Sequence record: DRR378314_1069
Length of the DNA: 29,163 nucleotides
Strand: one strand, 5' to 3'
Under the pieces are notes generated by a model. It was not told the DNA's origin. It saw only the letters and a program-made list of their open reading frames with translations, and ran no database searches. Below are positions 8,704 through 19,880 of the stretch, in pieces; the stretch's first letter is position 1; each line of letters begins with the position of its first letter. The position numbers and the translations under genes were made by a program.

Positions 8704-9891
8704 TTAGTCGATCAGCTCCAATGCCATAGCAGTCGCTTCACCGCCGCCGATACACAGCGCAGCAACACCGCGTTTTTTGCCATACTGCTGTAGCGCACTC
8801 AGCAATGTCACAACAATACGGGCGCCAGAGGCTCCAATTGGATGGCCAAGAGCACAAGCACCACCATGAACATTCACTTTGTCATGTTCAAGACCAAGAT
8901 CCTTGATCGCAGCCATGGCAACGACTGCGAAAGCCTCATTTATTTCAAAAAGATCGACATCATCCTTGGACCAGGAAACCTTCTCCATCACTTTTCGAAT
9001 GGCATCAATTGGGGCCATTGTAAATTCTGACGGTTTCCGGGCATGGGTCGAATGCGCAAGGAACCGGGCGATTGGCTTTAAGCCGCGTTTATCAGCCTCA
9101 GACTGACGCATCATGACAAGAGCCGCCCCGCCGTCGGAAATGGAAGAAGCGTTTGCAGCTGTCACTGTACCATCTTTGGCAAAAGCCGGACGCAATGTCG
9201 GAATTTTATCCGGATCCCCTTTCAACGGCTGCTCATCATCCTTGATCAACAGCTCGCCTTTTCGGGTCTTGAGAGTAACAGGGGCGATCTCACCTTTAAA
9301 ACTTCCGTTTTCAGTCGCTTTCTTGGCCCTGTTCAGAGATTCAATCGCATAAGCGTCCTGCTGTTCACGCGTAAACTGATAAAGCGTTGCGGTCTCTTCG
9401 GCGAAAGAGCCCATCAGGCGCCCCTCTTCATAGGCATCTTCAAGACCATCCAAAAACATATGATCTTTCACTTCACCATGGCCGAGACGCAAACCGCCCC
9501 GCGCCTTAGGAAGGAGATAAGGTGCATTTGTCATGCTCTCAAAACCACCAGCTACCATCACATCGCAGCTTCCTGCTGTAATAGCATCATGTGCATACAT
9601 GGCGGCCCGCATGCCAGAACCGCACATCTTATTCACGGTCGTACAGCCAACATTTTCCGGAATGCCCGCGCCAAAAGACGCCTGCCGAGCTGGGGCCTGC
9701 CCCAAACCGGCCGGAAGCACGCAACCCATCACAACTTCATCAACATCTGACCCGGTTAAACCAGCCCGGTCCAGGGCCTCCTTAATGGCCGTTGCGCCTA
9801 ACTCAGTCGCTTTGACAGCTGCAAGATCGCCCTGGAAACCGCCCATAGGGGTTCGGGCCATTCCAACAATCACAATTGGATCATCACTCAT
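8704..9891 (-). CDS. Acetyl-CoA C-acyltransferase (thiolase, AtoB-like)
   Basis: RTPMG, NKMCGSGM (nucleophile Cys), EINEAF, GHPIGASG and LCIGGGE motifs; RBS GGAGA. Confidence 0.95.
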   Translation of the reverse strand: MSDDPIVIVGMARTPMGGFQGDLAAVKATELGATAIKEALDRAGLTGSDVDEVVMGCVLPAGLGQAPARQASFGAGIPENVGCTTVNKMCGSGMRAAMYAHDAITAGSCDVMVAGGFESMTNAPYLLPKARGGLRLGHGEVKDHMFLDGLEDAYEEGRLMGSFAEETATLYQFTREQQDAYAIESLNRAKKATENGSFKGEIAPVTLKTRKGELLIKDDEQPLKGDPDKIPTLRPAFAKDGTVTAANASSISDGGAALVMMRQSEADKRGLKPIARFLAHSTHARKPSEFTMAPIDAIRKVMEKVSWSKDDVDLFEINEAFAVVAMAAIKDLGLEHDKVNVHGGACALGHPIGASGARIVVTLLSALQQYGKKRGVAALCIGGGEATAMALELID

Positions 9892-9937
9892 TTCAACATC
9901 TCCATTTTACTTTTAAAAACTGCACTTAATTGGGGGA

Positions 9938-11110
9938 TCAAGCCGTTTCGTTAAATAATTCCCGGCCAATTAACATCCGCCGGATTTCGCTGGTTCCAGC
10001 GCCAATCTCATAAAGTTTTGCATCCCGCAGCAAACGTCCCGTCGGGAATTCATTGATATACCCATTTCCGCCAAGGGCCTGAATAGCTTCCAGCGCCATC
10101 CATGTTGCTTTTTCCGCTGCGTATAGAATAACCCCTGCGGCATCTTTGCGGGCTGTCTCGCCTCTGTCACATGCCTTGGCAACAGTATATACATAAGCCT
10201 TACAAGCGTTCATTGTAGAGTACATGTCGGCAATTTTTCCCTGCATCAGCTGGAATTCGCCGATGGGTTGACCAAACTGTTCCCGGTCATGAATGTACGG
10301 GATTACAACATCCATACAGGCATCCATAATGCCAAGAGGCCCTGCCGAGAGCACCACACGCTCATAGTCCAGACCGCTCATCAGAACTCGAACACCTTCG
10401 TTCAACGGACCAAGGATATTTTCCTCAGGAACTTCACAGTCCTCAAAGACCAACTCACACGTATTAGAGCCCCGCATTCCGAGTTTATCCAATTTCTGCG
10501 CGGTGGAAAAACCCTTAAAGCCTTTTTCGATGATAAATGCCGTAATGCCCCTTGGGCCTGCATCCGGTTCGGTTTTAGCGTAAACCACCAGCACATCAGC
10601 GTCAGGCCCATTGGTAATCCAGAATTTATTTCCATTCAGGATATATCGGCCCCCTTTCTTTTCGGCTTTCAGCTTCATGGATACCACATCGGAACCAGCA
10701 CCCGGCTCACTCATGGCAAGGGAGCCGATAAATTCACCTGAAATCAGTTTCGGCAGATATTTCTGTTTTTGATCTTCGGTTCCGTTACGGCGGATCTGAT
10801 TGACACACAGATTGGAATGAGCGCCATAGGATAAACCGACGGACGCCGATGCCCGGCTTATTTCCTCAACGGCAATGCAATGCTCAAGATATCCAAGCCC
10901 GGATCCTCCATACTCTTCCTCAACCGTCATTCCAAGCAGGCCAAGCGATCCCATTTTTTGCCATAGATCATTTGGAAATTCATTGGTTTGGTCAATTTCT
11001 GCGGCTCTCGGAGCGATTTCATTCGCAGCAAAACTTTTTACAGTATCCCGCAGCATTTCTGCAGTTTCACCAAGATCAAAATTCAAGCTTGGATAATGCG
11101 CAATAGACAT
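9938..11110 (-). CDS. liuA: Isovaleryl-CoA dehydrogenase
   Basis: [46 protein letters not shown] (IVD catalytic Glu) and [13 protein letters not shown] (Ala where SCAD has Glu); RBS AAGGAGG. Also called ivd. Confidence 0.97.
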   Translation of the reverse strand: MSIAHYPSLNFDLGETAEMLRDTVKSFAANEIAPRAAEIDQTNEFPNDLWQKMGSLGLLGMTVEEEYGGSGLGYLEHCIAVEEISRASASVGLSYGAHSNLCVNQIRRNGTEDQKQKYLPKLISGEFIGSLAMSEPGAGSDVVSMKLKAEKKGGRYILNGNKFWITNGPDADVLVVYAKTEPDAGPRGITAFIIEKGFKGFSTAQKLDKLGMRGSNTCELVFEDCEVPEENILGPLNEGVRVLMSGLDYERVVLSAGPLGIMDACMDVVIPYIHDREQFGQPIGEFQLMQGKIADMYSTMNACKAYVYTVAKACDRGETARKDAAGVILYAAEKATWMALEAIQALGGNGYINEFPTGRLLRDAKLYEIGAGTSEIRRMLIGRELFNETA

Positions 11111-11132
11111 GGACTGTCCTCCTTCTTGTCTG

Positions 11133-11555
11133 TCAGACCGAGATCAAAGTCGCCAGGGCGGTTGCAACCTGGCGTTCTTCTGATCCGGTTTTAATAAAAA
11201 TATTGGATTCGGCGACCGTCAACGTACGGCCAGATTTAATTACCCTGGCGCGCGCAATCAACGTGTCCCCTTTGGCCGGCGCCAGCAAATTCAGCTTATA
11301 TTCAGCAGTTAGACAATTTCGGCCTTCCGGCATTGAAGTCGCACCCGCCATACCCGCAGAATTATCTGCTAGCGTCCCGATAACACCACCATGAAAAAAA
11401 CCATCCTGCTGTGACCATTCAGGAGCAAAATCCAGGGCAATCTGACAACTGCCAACGTGCAATCTTTCAACCCGAACACCCAAATGCTTCAGGAATTTTT
11501 GAGCTTCCATGATCGGTCGCAGGCGTTCAAAAAGGAGCTGATCAATTTGTGTCAT
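11133..11555 (-). CDS. PaaI family hotdog-fold thioesterase
   Basis: QQDGFFHGG...LAD..AG.A, T.E.K.NLLAPA.G and VIKSGRTL motifs. Confidence 0.9.
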   Translation of the reverse strand: MTQIDQLLFERLRPIMEAQKFLKHLGVRVERLHVGSCQIALDFAPEWSQQDGFFHGGVIGTLADNSAGMAGATSMPEGRNCLTAEYKLNLLAPAKGDTLIARARVIKSGRTLTVAESNIFIKTGSEERQVATALATLISV

Positions 11556-12029
11556 CTATGCGCCCACCCTTTTTGCTTGTTGCTGATCAGATCGTCCTTG
11601 TAAACACATCATGGTAAAAACACCTGTCAGGCACAGAACTCTTGATCCTGCCTTTTCGGAATATACATCTGCCTTCACATGATATAGGGCATCGGAAACA
11701 CCGATCACGTTAGCTTGGGCGTGCAACAAACCGCCTTCGGACGGATTAAGAAAATTCGTCTTTAAATCTACAGTCAATACGGTGCTGTTTTCTGGGAAAA
11801 GCGAATATGCGGCGTATCCTGCGGCACTGTCCGCCAAGGAGACCACCAATCCCCCGTGGAAAAAGCCATGCTGCTGGGTCAGGTCATGGCGCTTTTGCAC
11901 AACCAGTTCACAATATCCCGGTTTTACCTCTGTCATCGTGGCACCGACCAAAGCCATAAATGGCTGCCGATCAAAACTATCGCGGACAACAGACTGATAT
12001 TCCAAATTTAAGGCCTTGAAGTCAGACAT
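11556..12029 (-). CDS. PaaI family hotdog-fold thioesterase
   Basis: SF.RQPFM, TQQHGFFHGG...LADSAAGYAA and VLTVDLK.NFL.P motifs. Confidence 0.9.
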   Translation of the reverse strand: MSDFKALNLEYQSVVRDSFDRQPFMALVGATMTEVKPGYCELVVQKRHDLTQQHGFFHGGLVVSLADSAAGYAAYSLFPENSTVLTVDLKTNFLNPSEGGLLHAQANVIGVSDALYHVKADVYSEKAGSRVLCLTGVFTMMCLQGRSDQQQAKRVGA

Positions 12030-12124
12030 TCAGCTCGCTTTCGATATGCCAGCCGATGACTGGCACCTACACACTTTGTTTTTATTCTCTCCAAAACTGA
12101 TCGGAGTATAAAAAAATACGGATC

Positions 12125-12172
12125 ATAGATAAAATCATTTATTTCAATCGGAATTATTGATAATTTCTATCA
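12125..12172. promoter_or_regulatory. Putative LysR-type operator in the divergent liu/LysR promoter
   Basis: Overlapping T-N11-A dyads ATCG-N7-TGAT (12147-12161) and ATTG-N7-CTAT (12156-12170), palindrome TGATA-N5-TATCA (12158-12172) and an upstream ATAG-N7-CATT, directly before the LysR ATG. The region is AT-rich, so exact site boundaries are uncertain. Confidence 0.55.
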
Positions 12173-12174
12173 TT

Positions 12175-13074
12175 ATGGATTTATACCAGCTGCGATATTT
12201 TTTGGCCATCGTCGAAACCCGGAATTTTTCACGCGCCGCGGAAAGGGCCTTTGTCAGTCAACCGACCTTGTCGGCGGGCATTAAAAAGCTTGAAACCGAG
12301 CTTGGCGTTGAACTTTTTCATCGGAGTAAGCGAGATATTGCCCTTACCGAGGCTGGAAATCGTTTTCTTCCCAGGGCCCGGTCCATTATTTATGAATGCA
12401 ATGCCGCCAAACAAGAGGCTGTTGGCCGCCCTCAATCCAAGCGATTGCAGATTGGCATTCACCGAGCCTTGCCTGTGGAACATTTCAGCAGTTTGTTAGC
12501 CGATTTTCGGAAAACCCACCCAACCGTTCAATTGGCACTCAAAGAAGGCAATGCGGAAAGGCTGGAAAGCCTGCTGAACGAAGGGCGCATTGATGTCGCT
12601 ATAACCATTCCACCAGAGATCCTTGGGCTCCGGGAATATCAGCGGCTATTTTCTGCAAAATGCCTTTTGGCCATTTCCAAGACACACTCTTTGTCGGGGA
12701 AAAATACTGTCAACCTGAAGCAACTGGATCAACAGGACTTCATCCACAGAAGCCATTGCATCACCGAAACAGAGGTCACACGAACATTTGCACGCGCCGG
12801 GGTCAGACCACATATTGTTCTTCGGACTGATGAAGATCACAAAGCTATGGCAATGGTGGAAGCTGGACTTGGCTTCTGTATGATGCTGGATAACTTCACT
12901 TCTAATGATATCAGCTTGTTACAGGTGGACGGGATCAACATCTCCCGCCAGTTTGGTTTGACCTGGAACGCTGAAAAGGATTCTGAAATCAACAATTCGT
13001 TTCGATTATTTGCATCCAGCCATCAATGGACTAACCGGTCAACTGAACCTCAAAACCTGGAATGGGCCCGGTAG
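12175..13074 (+). CDS. LysR family transcriptional regulator, divergent from the liu cluster
   Basis: MDLYQLRYF...NFSRAAE..FVSQPTLS.GIKKLE.ELG..LF.R....LT.AG wHTH plus LysR substrate-binding domain. Start set at ATG 12175, which has no obvious Shine-Dalgarno. Confidence 0.95.
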   Translation: MDLYQLRYFLAIVETRNFSRAAERAFVSQPTLSAGIKKLETELGVELFHRSKRDIALTEAGNRFLPRARSIIYECNAAKQEAVGRPQSKRLQIGIHRALPVEHFSSLLADFRKTHPTVQLALKEGNAERLESLLNEGRIDVAITIPPEILGLREYQRLFSAKCLLAISKTHSLSGKNTVNLKQLDQQDFIHRSHCITETEVTRTFARAGVRPHIVLRTDEDHKAMAMVEAGLGFCMMLDNFTSNDISLLQVDGINISRQFGLTWNAEKDSEINNSFRLFASSHQWTNRSTEPQNLEWAR

Positions 13075-13075
13075 G

Positions 13076-14485
13076 TTACAGCAATACGAGACTTGCGATC
13101 CCCAGAAACGCGACAAATCCAATAATATCGGTAATGGTCGTCACGAAGACACTGGAGGCAACGGCCGGATCAATATTATACCGATCCAGCGTGATGGGAA
13201 TGGCCATGCCAGAAATTCCCGCGATCAGCATATTGACCACCATCGCAACTGCAATCACCCAACCAATTGTGTAGTCCGAAAACCAGAACCACGACGTCAA
13301 ACCGATCAGAACGGCAAAAACGCATCCATTGATAAAGGCTACCAAAGCCTCTTTACCTAGAATCCGGTGCATGTTGCTGGCCGTCAGCTCTTTCGTTGCA
13401 ATGGCCCGTACCGCCACCGTAAGGGTCTGAGTACCTGCATTTCCGCCCATGCTTGCGACAATGGGCATCAGGATTGCCAAAGCGATCACTTTTTCCAAGG
13501 TGGCATCGAAGAAACTGATCGCTACGGATGCAAGGATCGCCGTAAATAAATTGACCAGTAGCCAGGTAAACCGGGTACGTGTCGTATCCATGATGGAGCC
13601 GAACAGGTCATCTTCACCCACACCGCCCAGACGCAGGATATCTTCCTCAGCTTCCTCACTGATCACATCCATTACGTCATCAACTGTAATCATCCCGATC
13701 AGGGCACCGCTGTCGTTGACAACGGCCGCTGAAGACAGGCGATATTGTTTAAAGTAATACGCAACGTCTTCCTGATCCATATCGACCGGGATCAGTCGCT
13801 GCTCCCGCCGCATAATGTCTGTAACCGCAACCTGGCGGCGACTTCGCATGGCATGATCCAAAGGAATGGTTCCTATGGGATGATGCCTTGGATCGACAAC
13901 ATAGATTTCATAGAATTCGGTCGGCAGATCATCCGTTTCGCGCATGTAATCAATGGTTTGACCGATGTCCCAATATTCTGGAACAGCAATAAACCCGCGC
14001 TGCATCAACCGCCCGGCGGTATCCTCACCATAGCCCAAGCCTTCTTCAATGACCAATCGGTCTTCAGCTGCGAGGCCTTTCAGGACTTCTTGCTGATCTT
14101 TGACTTCGAGATCCTGAAGAACCTCAATCGCATCATCAACTTCCAGATCGTTGACAATTTCCGCGATTTCAGAGGCATTCATATCCTCCACAAGTTCTTC
14201 ACGAACCTGTTCATCCAGGTCCGTATACACATCGGCATCGATCAAATCATCAGCGATTTCGAGCAATAGAGACCGATGCTTCGGCTTCAGATATTCGATA
14301 AGGTCGGCGATGTCAGCCGAATGCAGACCGGAAATCTGCTCACGAACAGACTCGGTATTTTCCTGGTCGATATACTCACGAACAAGTTGAACTGTTTCAT
14401 CTTCCAGCCCATAGGAGACAGTTTCGTCATCCCTGTCGACGGCGGGCTCCTGCTTCAGTTCTTCTTTTTCCTGAGCATCTACCAT
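13076..14485 (-). CDS. mgtE: Magnesium transporter MgtE
   Basis: Acidic N-domain (H.ADIAD), tandem CBS domains (TAGRLM...G.ITVDDV), TM region with R..WL.VNL, MPIVASMGGNAGTQT and DPAVAS..FVTT.TD..GF. Confidence 0.97.
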   Translation of the reverse strand: MVDAQEKEELKQEPAVDRDDETVSYGLEDETVQLVREYIDQENTESVREQISGLHSADIADLIEYLKPKHRSLLLEIADDLIDADVYTDLDEQVREELVEDMNASEIAEIVNDLEVDDAIEVLQDLEVKDQQEVLKGLAAEDRLVIEEGLGYGEDTAGRLMQRGFIAVPEYWDIGQTIDYMRETDDLPTEFYEIYVVDPRHHPIGTIPLDHAMRSRRQVAVTDIMRREQRLIPVDMDQEDVAYYFKQYRLSSAAVVNDSGALIGMITVDDVMDVISEEAEEDILRLGGVGEDDLFGSIMDTTRTRFTWLLVNLFTAILASVAISFFDATLEKVIALAILMPIVASMGGNAGTQTLTVAVRAIATKELTASNMHRILGKEALVAFINGCVFAVLIGLTSWFWFSDYTIGWVIAVAMVVNMLIAGISGMAIPITLDRYNIDPAVASSVFVTTITDIIGFVAFLGIASLVLL

Positions 14486-14498
14486 AGTGACCCCAACT

Positions 14499-16814
14499 CT
14501 ATTCTGCTCGCATTCGGGAAACCGGACCGGACATCATTTTTCCCGATTTGTGGCACTGGGCGTCCACAGCCGCAATTGCCGTAATATTGACCAGCCCTCG
14601 TACCGTAACAGATGGAACGGTAATGTGAACCGACTTTGACATTCCGATTAAAATTGGACCAACAGCAATTCCGCTGCCCAAGGATTTTGCAATGTTATAA
14701 CCAATATTTGCAGAATCCAGATCCGGCATAATCAGCAGATTGGCCGCTCCCTTCATCTTTGAATTCGGGAAAAGAGCCTCTCGGATCTGCGGGTCCAGGG
14801 CTGTGTCAGCCTTCATTTCCCCTTCAATTTCCAGATCTGGAGCAATCTCTCGGATCAATTGCAGGGCTGCCTTCGCTTTTTGAGCAGAGGGAATTTCCGA
14901 AGAGCCAAAATTGGAATGAGAAACCAATGCCACCTTTGGCTCAATCCCAAAGCGGCTGACCTCATCAGCGGCCAAAATTGCCATTTCAGCCAGCTCTTCA
15001 ACACTATGTTCTTCGCGAACTTGCGTATCGGAGAAAAAGAGTGGCCGTCCCTGCATAATTACCAGATGCAATGCCGAAGCGTGACGAACCCCGTCCCGCA
15101 GCGGAATAATACCATGCACCCGACGGAAATGCTTGGAATACTTGCCATAAGTCCCGCAAACCAGCGCATCAGCATGCCCCAAGTGAATCATCATGGCCCC
15201 GATCACTGTTGTATTGGTGCGGATATGTGCTCGGGCGGTATCAGGGTCAACGCCGTCCCGCTCCCGGATAGCATGATAAGAAGTCCAGTATTCCCGGTAC
15301 CGAGGATCATCTTCAGGATCAACGATTTCATAATGCTCGCCCTCTTTAAGGCGCAACCCCGCTTTTTGAATTCGAAACTCGACAACTTTCCGGCGACCCA
15401 CCAGGATCGGCCTGGCCAATCCTTCATCAACGACTGTTTGAACGGCCGACAGAACACGATCATCCTCACCCTCCGCATAAGCCACGCGCATCAGTTCGGC
15501 TTTGGCCTGATCAAAAATCGGCCGCATCACGAATTTAGTTCGATAAATGAAATTGGAGAGATGGTCATGATATTGCTTGAGATCGGCAAGGGGCCGGCTG
15601 GCAACGCCGCTCTTCATTGCGGCTTTTGCAACCGCATGCGAGACTTCCACATAAAGCCGGGGATCAAACGGAGTTGGAATCAGATATTCAGGGCCAAAAC
15701 TCTTTTGAACGCCACCATAAGCCTTGGCAACGATATCGGACTGTTCAGCCTTAGCAAGATCCGCGATCGCTTTAACGGCAGCAACTTTCATTTCCTCGTT
15801 AATTTCGGTCGCTCCAACATCCAGGGCACCGCGAAATAGATACGGAAAACACAACACATTATTGACCTGATTAGGATAATCAGACCGCCCCGTCGCGATT
15901 ATGGCATCCGGGCGGACTTCTTTCACTTCTTCTGGCAGAATTTCCGGTGTCGGATTTGCCAACGCCATAATAATGGGACGATCCGCCATGGTCGCCACCA
16001 TGTCTTTGGTCAATGCGCCGGGACCGGAACATCCCAAAAAGATATCTGCACCTTCAACGGCTTCGGCCAGAACCCTTTTGTCGGTTTCAACAGCGAAATC
16101 TGCTTTATAAGGGTCCATCTCTATTTCACGGCCCTGATAAACAACCCCGTGAATATCACTGACGGTGATATTTTCTTTAGGTAGGCCAAGGCTAACCAAC
16201 AACTTTAGGCACGCGAGTGCCGCTGCACCCGCACCACAGGCAGCAAGGCGCACCTGACTTATATCTTTCTCCACGACCCGAAGGGCGTTATAGACCGCGG
16301 CAGCAACACAAATGGCTGTTCCGTGCTGATCATCATGGAAAACCGGTATGTTCATTCTCTCCCGGCAATATTTTTCAACAATGAAACATTCTGGAGCCTT
16401 GATATCCTCCAGATTAATCCCGCCAAACGTAGGCTCCATGGCAGTGATGATATCGACAAGCTTCTCAGGGTCGCGCTCATTCAGCTCAATATCAAAAACA
16501 TCAATTCCGGCAAATTTCTTGAATAAAACTGCCTTTCCTTCCATCACAGGCTTGGAAGCCAGCGGCCCGATCGCGCCCAGCCCCAGAACTGCAGTTCCAT
16601 TGGTCACAACCCCAACCAAATTTCCCCGTGCGGTCAAATTGGCGGCTTCGTTCGGATCTTCGCTAATCGCCACACAAGGGTGAGCAACCCCCGGGGAATA
16701 CGCTAAAGATAGGTCCGATTGGGTTTCCATTGGCTTCGTTGGGGTGATCGTCAATTTCCCCGGTTTGGGGTATCTATGATAATCTAGCGCTTTTTCAGAT
16801 GAATCTGATGTCAT
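14499..16814 (-). CDS. maeB: Hybrid NAD(P)-dependent malic enzyme with C-terminal phosphotransacetylase-like domain
   Basis: 771 aa; [59 protein letters not shown], then a PTA-like domain (AEGED.RVL, SHSNFGS, EGEM.AD.A, GPIL.G). Confidence 0.96.
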   Translation of the reverse strand: MTSDSSEKALDYHRYPKPGKLTITPTKPMETQSDLSLAYSPGVAHPCVAISEDPNEAANLTARGNLVGVVTNGTAVLGLGAIGPLASKPVMEGKAVLFKKFAGIDVFDIELNERDPEKLVDIITAMEPTFGGINLEDIKAPECFIVEKYCRERMNIPVFHDDQHGTAICVAAAVYNALRVVEKDISQVRLAACGAGAAALACLKLLVSLGLPKENITVSDIHGVVYQGREIEMDPYKADFAVETDKRVLAEAVEGADIFLGCSGPGALTKDMVATMADRPIIMALANPTPEILPEEVKEVRPDAIIATGRSDYPNQVNNVLCFPYLFRGALDVGATEINEEMKVAAVKAIADLAKAEQSDIVAKAYGGVQKSFGPEYLIPTPFDPRLYVEVSHAVAKAAMKSGVASRPLADLKQYHDHLSNFIYRTKFVMRPIFDQAKAELMRVAYAEGEDDRVLSAVQTVVDEGLARPILVGRRKVVEFRIQKAGLRLKEGEHYEIVDPEDDPRYREYWTSYHAIRERDGVDPDTARAHIRTNTTVIGAMMIHLGHADALVCGTYGKYSKHFRRVHGIIPLRDGVRHASALHLVIMQGRPLFFSDTQVREEHSVEELAEMAILAADEVSRFGIEPKVALVSHSNFGSSEIPSAQKAKAALQLIREIAPDLEIEGEMKADTALDPQIREALFPNSKMKGAANLLIMPDLDSANIGYNIAKSLGSGIAVGPILIGMSKSVHITVPSVTVRGLVNITAIAAVDAQCHKSGKMMSGPVSRMRAE

Positions 16815-17032
16815 TCTTTATCCTTTGATCTGCGAAAACCCGTTCCCTACAAACAATGTCTGGTCTGAATATGCCGATAAAATCACCCATTACAAGCTCA
16901 TATTCATACGGAAAAGCCAAGCCGATACCCTATATTATCTGGTAACTTATGGATACTGCTTCTACAGTTGCAGTAGAAACGATCTAATATACGAATGCAT
17001 ACATGATGAACTTCGAATTTTTTACTGGCAAT

Positions 17033-18756
<1,724 letters not shown>

Positions 18757-18808
18757 CTACTCTCCTTCTCTCAGACCTTTTATGGAAACAGTATCTTTGT
18801 GAACTCGG

Positions 18809-19870
18809 CTATCTCACACCCATTTCCACAATGTCTTCAAATAATCGCTCGGCGATCGAAAGTGCTGAATAGGTTGAGACCACAATTTGCGGAAGCAACA
18901 TCCATTCAAGTGTCCAATTACTACCCGAACGCTCAAACTCCTGCACTCCCGATAGGGAAATTCCACCGAGGAGGTGAGCATTAAATTTGGCAAGCGTCAT
19001 CAACATTTCCGCTTTTACCGGGTTTTGTTTATGCGGCATCGCGGAAGAGCCGCCAGCCCCGTTGAGCTTAACCTCTCCAATTTCATTCATAGCCATGAAA
19101 GCAACATCGGTCCCGGCCTTACCCAGCCCATTGGTAATTGATGTCAACCACGTCGCAAGACCTAGAATTTCAGACCGATTTGTATGCCAACTTTCCCCAG
19201 GATCTTTTAAATTCAGCTTCCTGGCCAAACACGCGCGAACTTTCGGGCCGTTCTCTTTAAGCTTATCCAGTGTTCCAATGGCTCCAGCAAATTGCAGCCT
19301 TAGCAATTTGTTTTTGACATCAGCCAACTGTTCAACTGCCTGAATTAAAGCCTGATCCCATTGGTTCATTCGTTTAGACGCTTCAAACGGATAGGCAATC
19401 TGTAGCCGGGTTCGTGCCTGAATTTCCGTATTGCCAAATTGGAATTTCAATTGCTCCACTGCGCCAATGGCTGCAGCAATGCGTTTTTCAATCAGTTCCA
19501 GCGCTTTGGAAAGGCGTAACATTAACGCGGTATCGATGACATCCTGACTGGTCGACCCGAAATGAAGGCTTGATTTCATGGCCTCTGGCAGGGGCTTGCG
19601 TAGCTGCCGGACCAACTCCGGCACGACAACGCCATCAACAGCTGTCTCACGCCGCAATGCGTCCATATCCGGCCGAAAACCATCACAGACACCCTGAATT
19701 TCCAGCGCGTGATCTTTGGGGATAAGATCGCATTCACCTTCTGCTAACGCTAGCTCTTTTTCAAATCGAACCATTTCCGCGACTTCCGTCTCTGCGGAAA
19801 ATAGCGGGAGGATATCTCCGGCACAGAATAAGTCCGATAGAAAAGGATGTTCAAAAGCAGAAAGTGTCAT
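18809..19870 (-). CDS. pcaB: 3-carboxy-cis,cis-muconate cycloisomerase (short form)
   Basis: Fumarase/aspartase superfamily signature GSSAMPHKQNP, HFGSTSQDVIDT, DGVVVP.LV and ERSG..WTLEW; 353 aa. Confidence 0.93.
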   Translation of the reverse strand: MTLSAFEHPFLSDLFCAGDILPLFSAETEVAEMVRFEKELALAEGECDLIPKDHALEIQGVCDGFRPDMDALRRETAVDGVVVPELVRQLRKPLPEAMKSSLHFGSTSQDVIDTALMLRLSKALELIEKRIAAAIGAVEQLKFQFGNTEIQARTRLQIAYPFEASKRMNQWDQALIQAVEQLADVKNKLLRLQFAGAIGTLDKLKENGPKVRACLARKLNLKDPGESWHTNRSEILGLATWLTSITNGLGKAGTDVAFMAMNEIGEVKLNGAGGSSAMPHKQNPVKAEMLMTLAKFNAHLLGGISLSGVQEFERSGSNWTLEWMLLPQIVVSTYSALSIAERLFEDIVEMGVR

Positions 19871-19880
19871 TCAGTCTTCC

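Noticed and set aside
12061..12076. TGGCAC resembling a sigma-54 -24 element
   Set aside because: No TTGC at the -12 position; the motif is part of the leader hairpin.
14859..15839. 326-aa plus-strand ORF
   Set aside because: Lies wholly antisense to maeB with no protein-family motifs. The same applies to the many shorter antisense or alternate-frame ORFs in the track.
16873..16928. Two GCCGATA motifs resembling a sigma-28 -10 element
   Set aside because: No TAAA -35 element at the 15-nt spacing for either copy.
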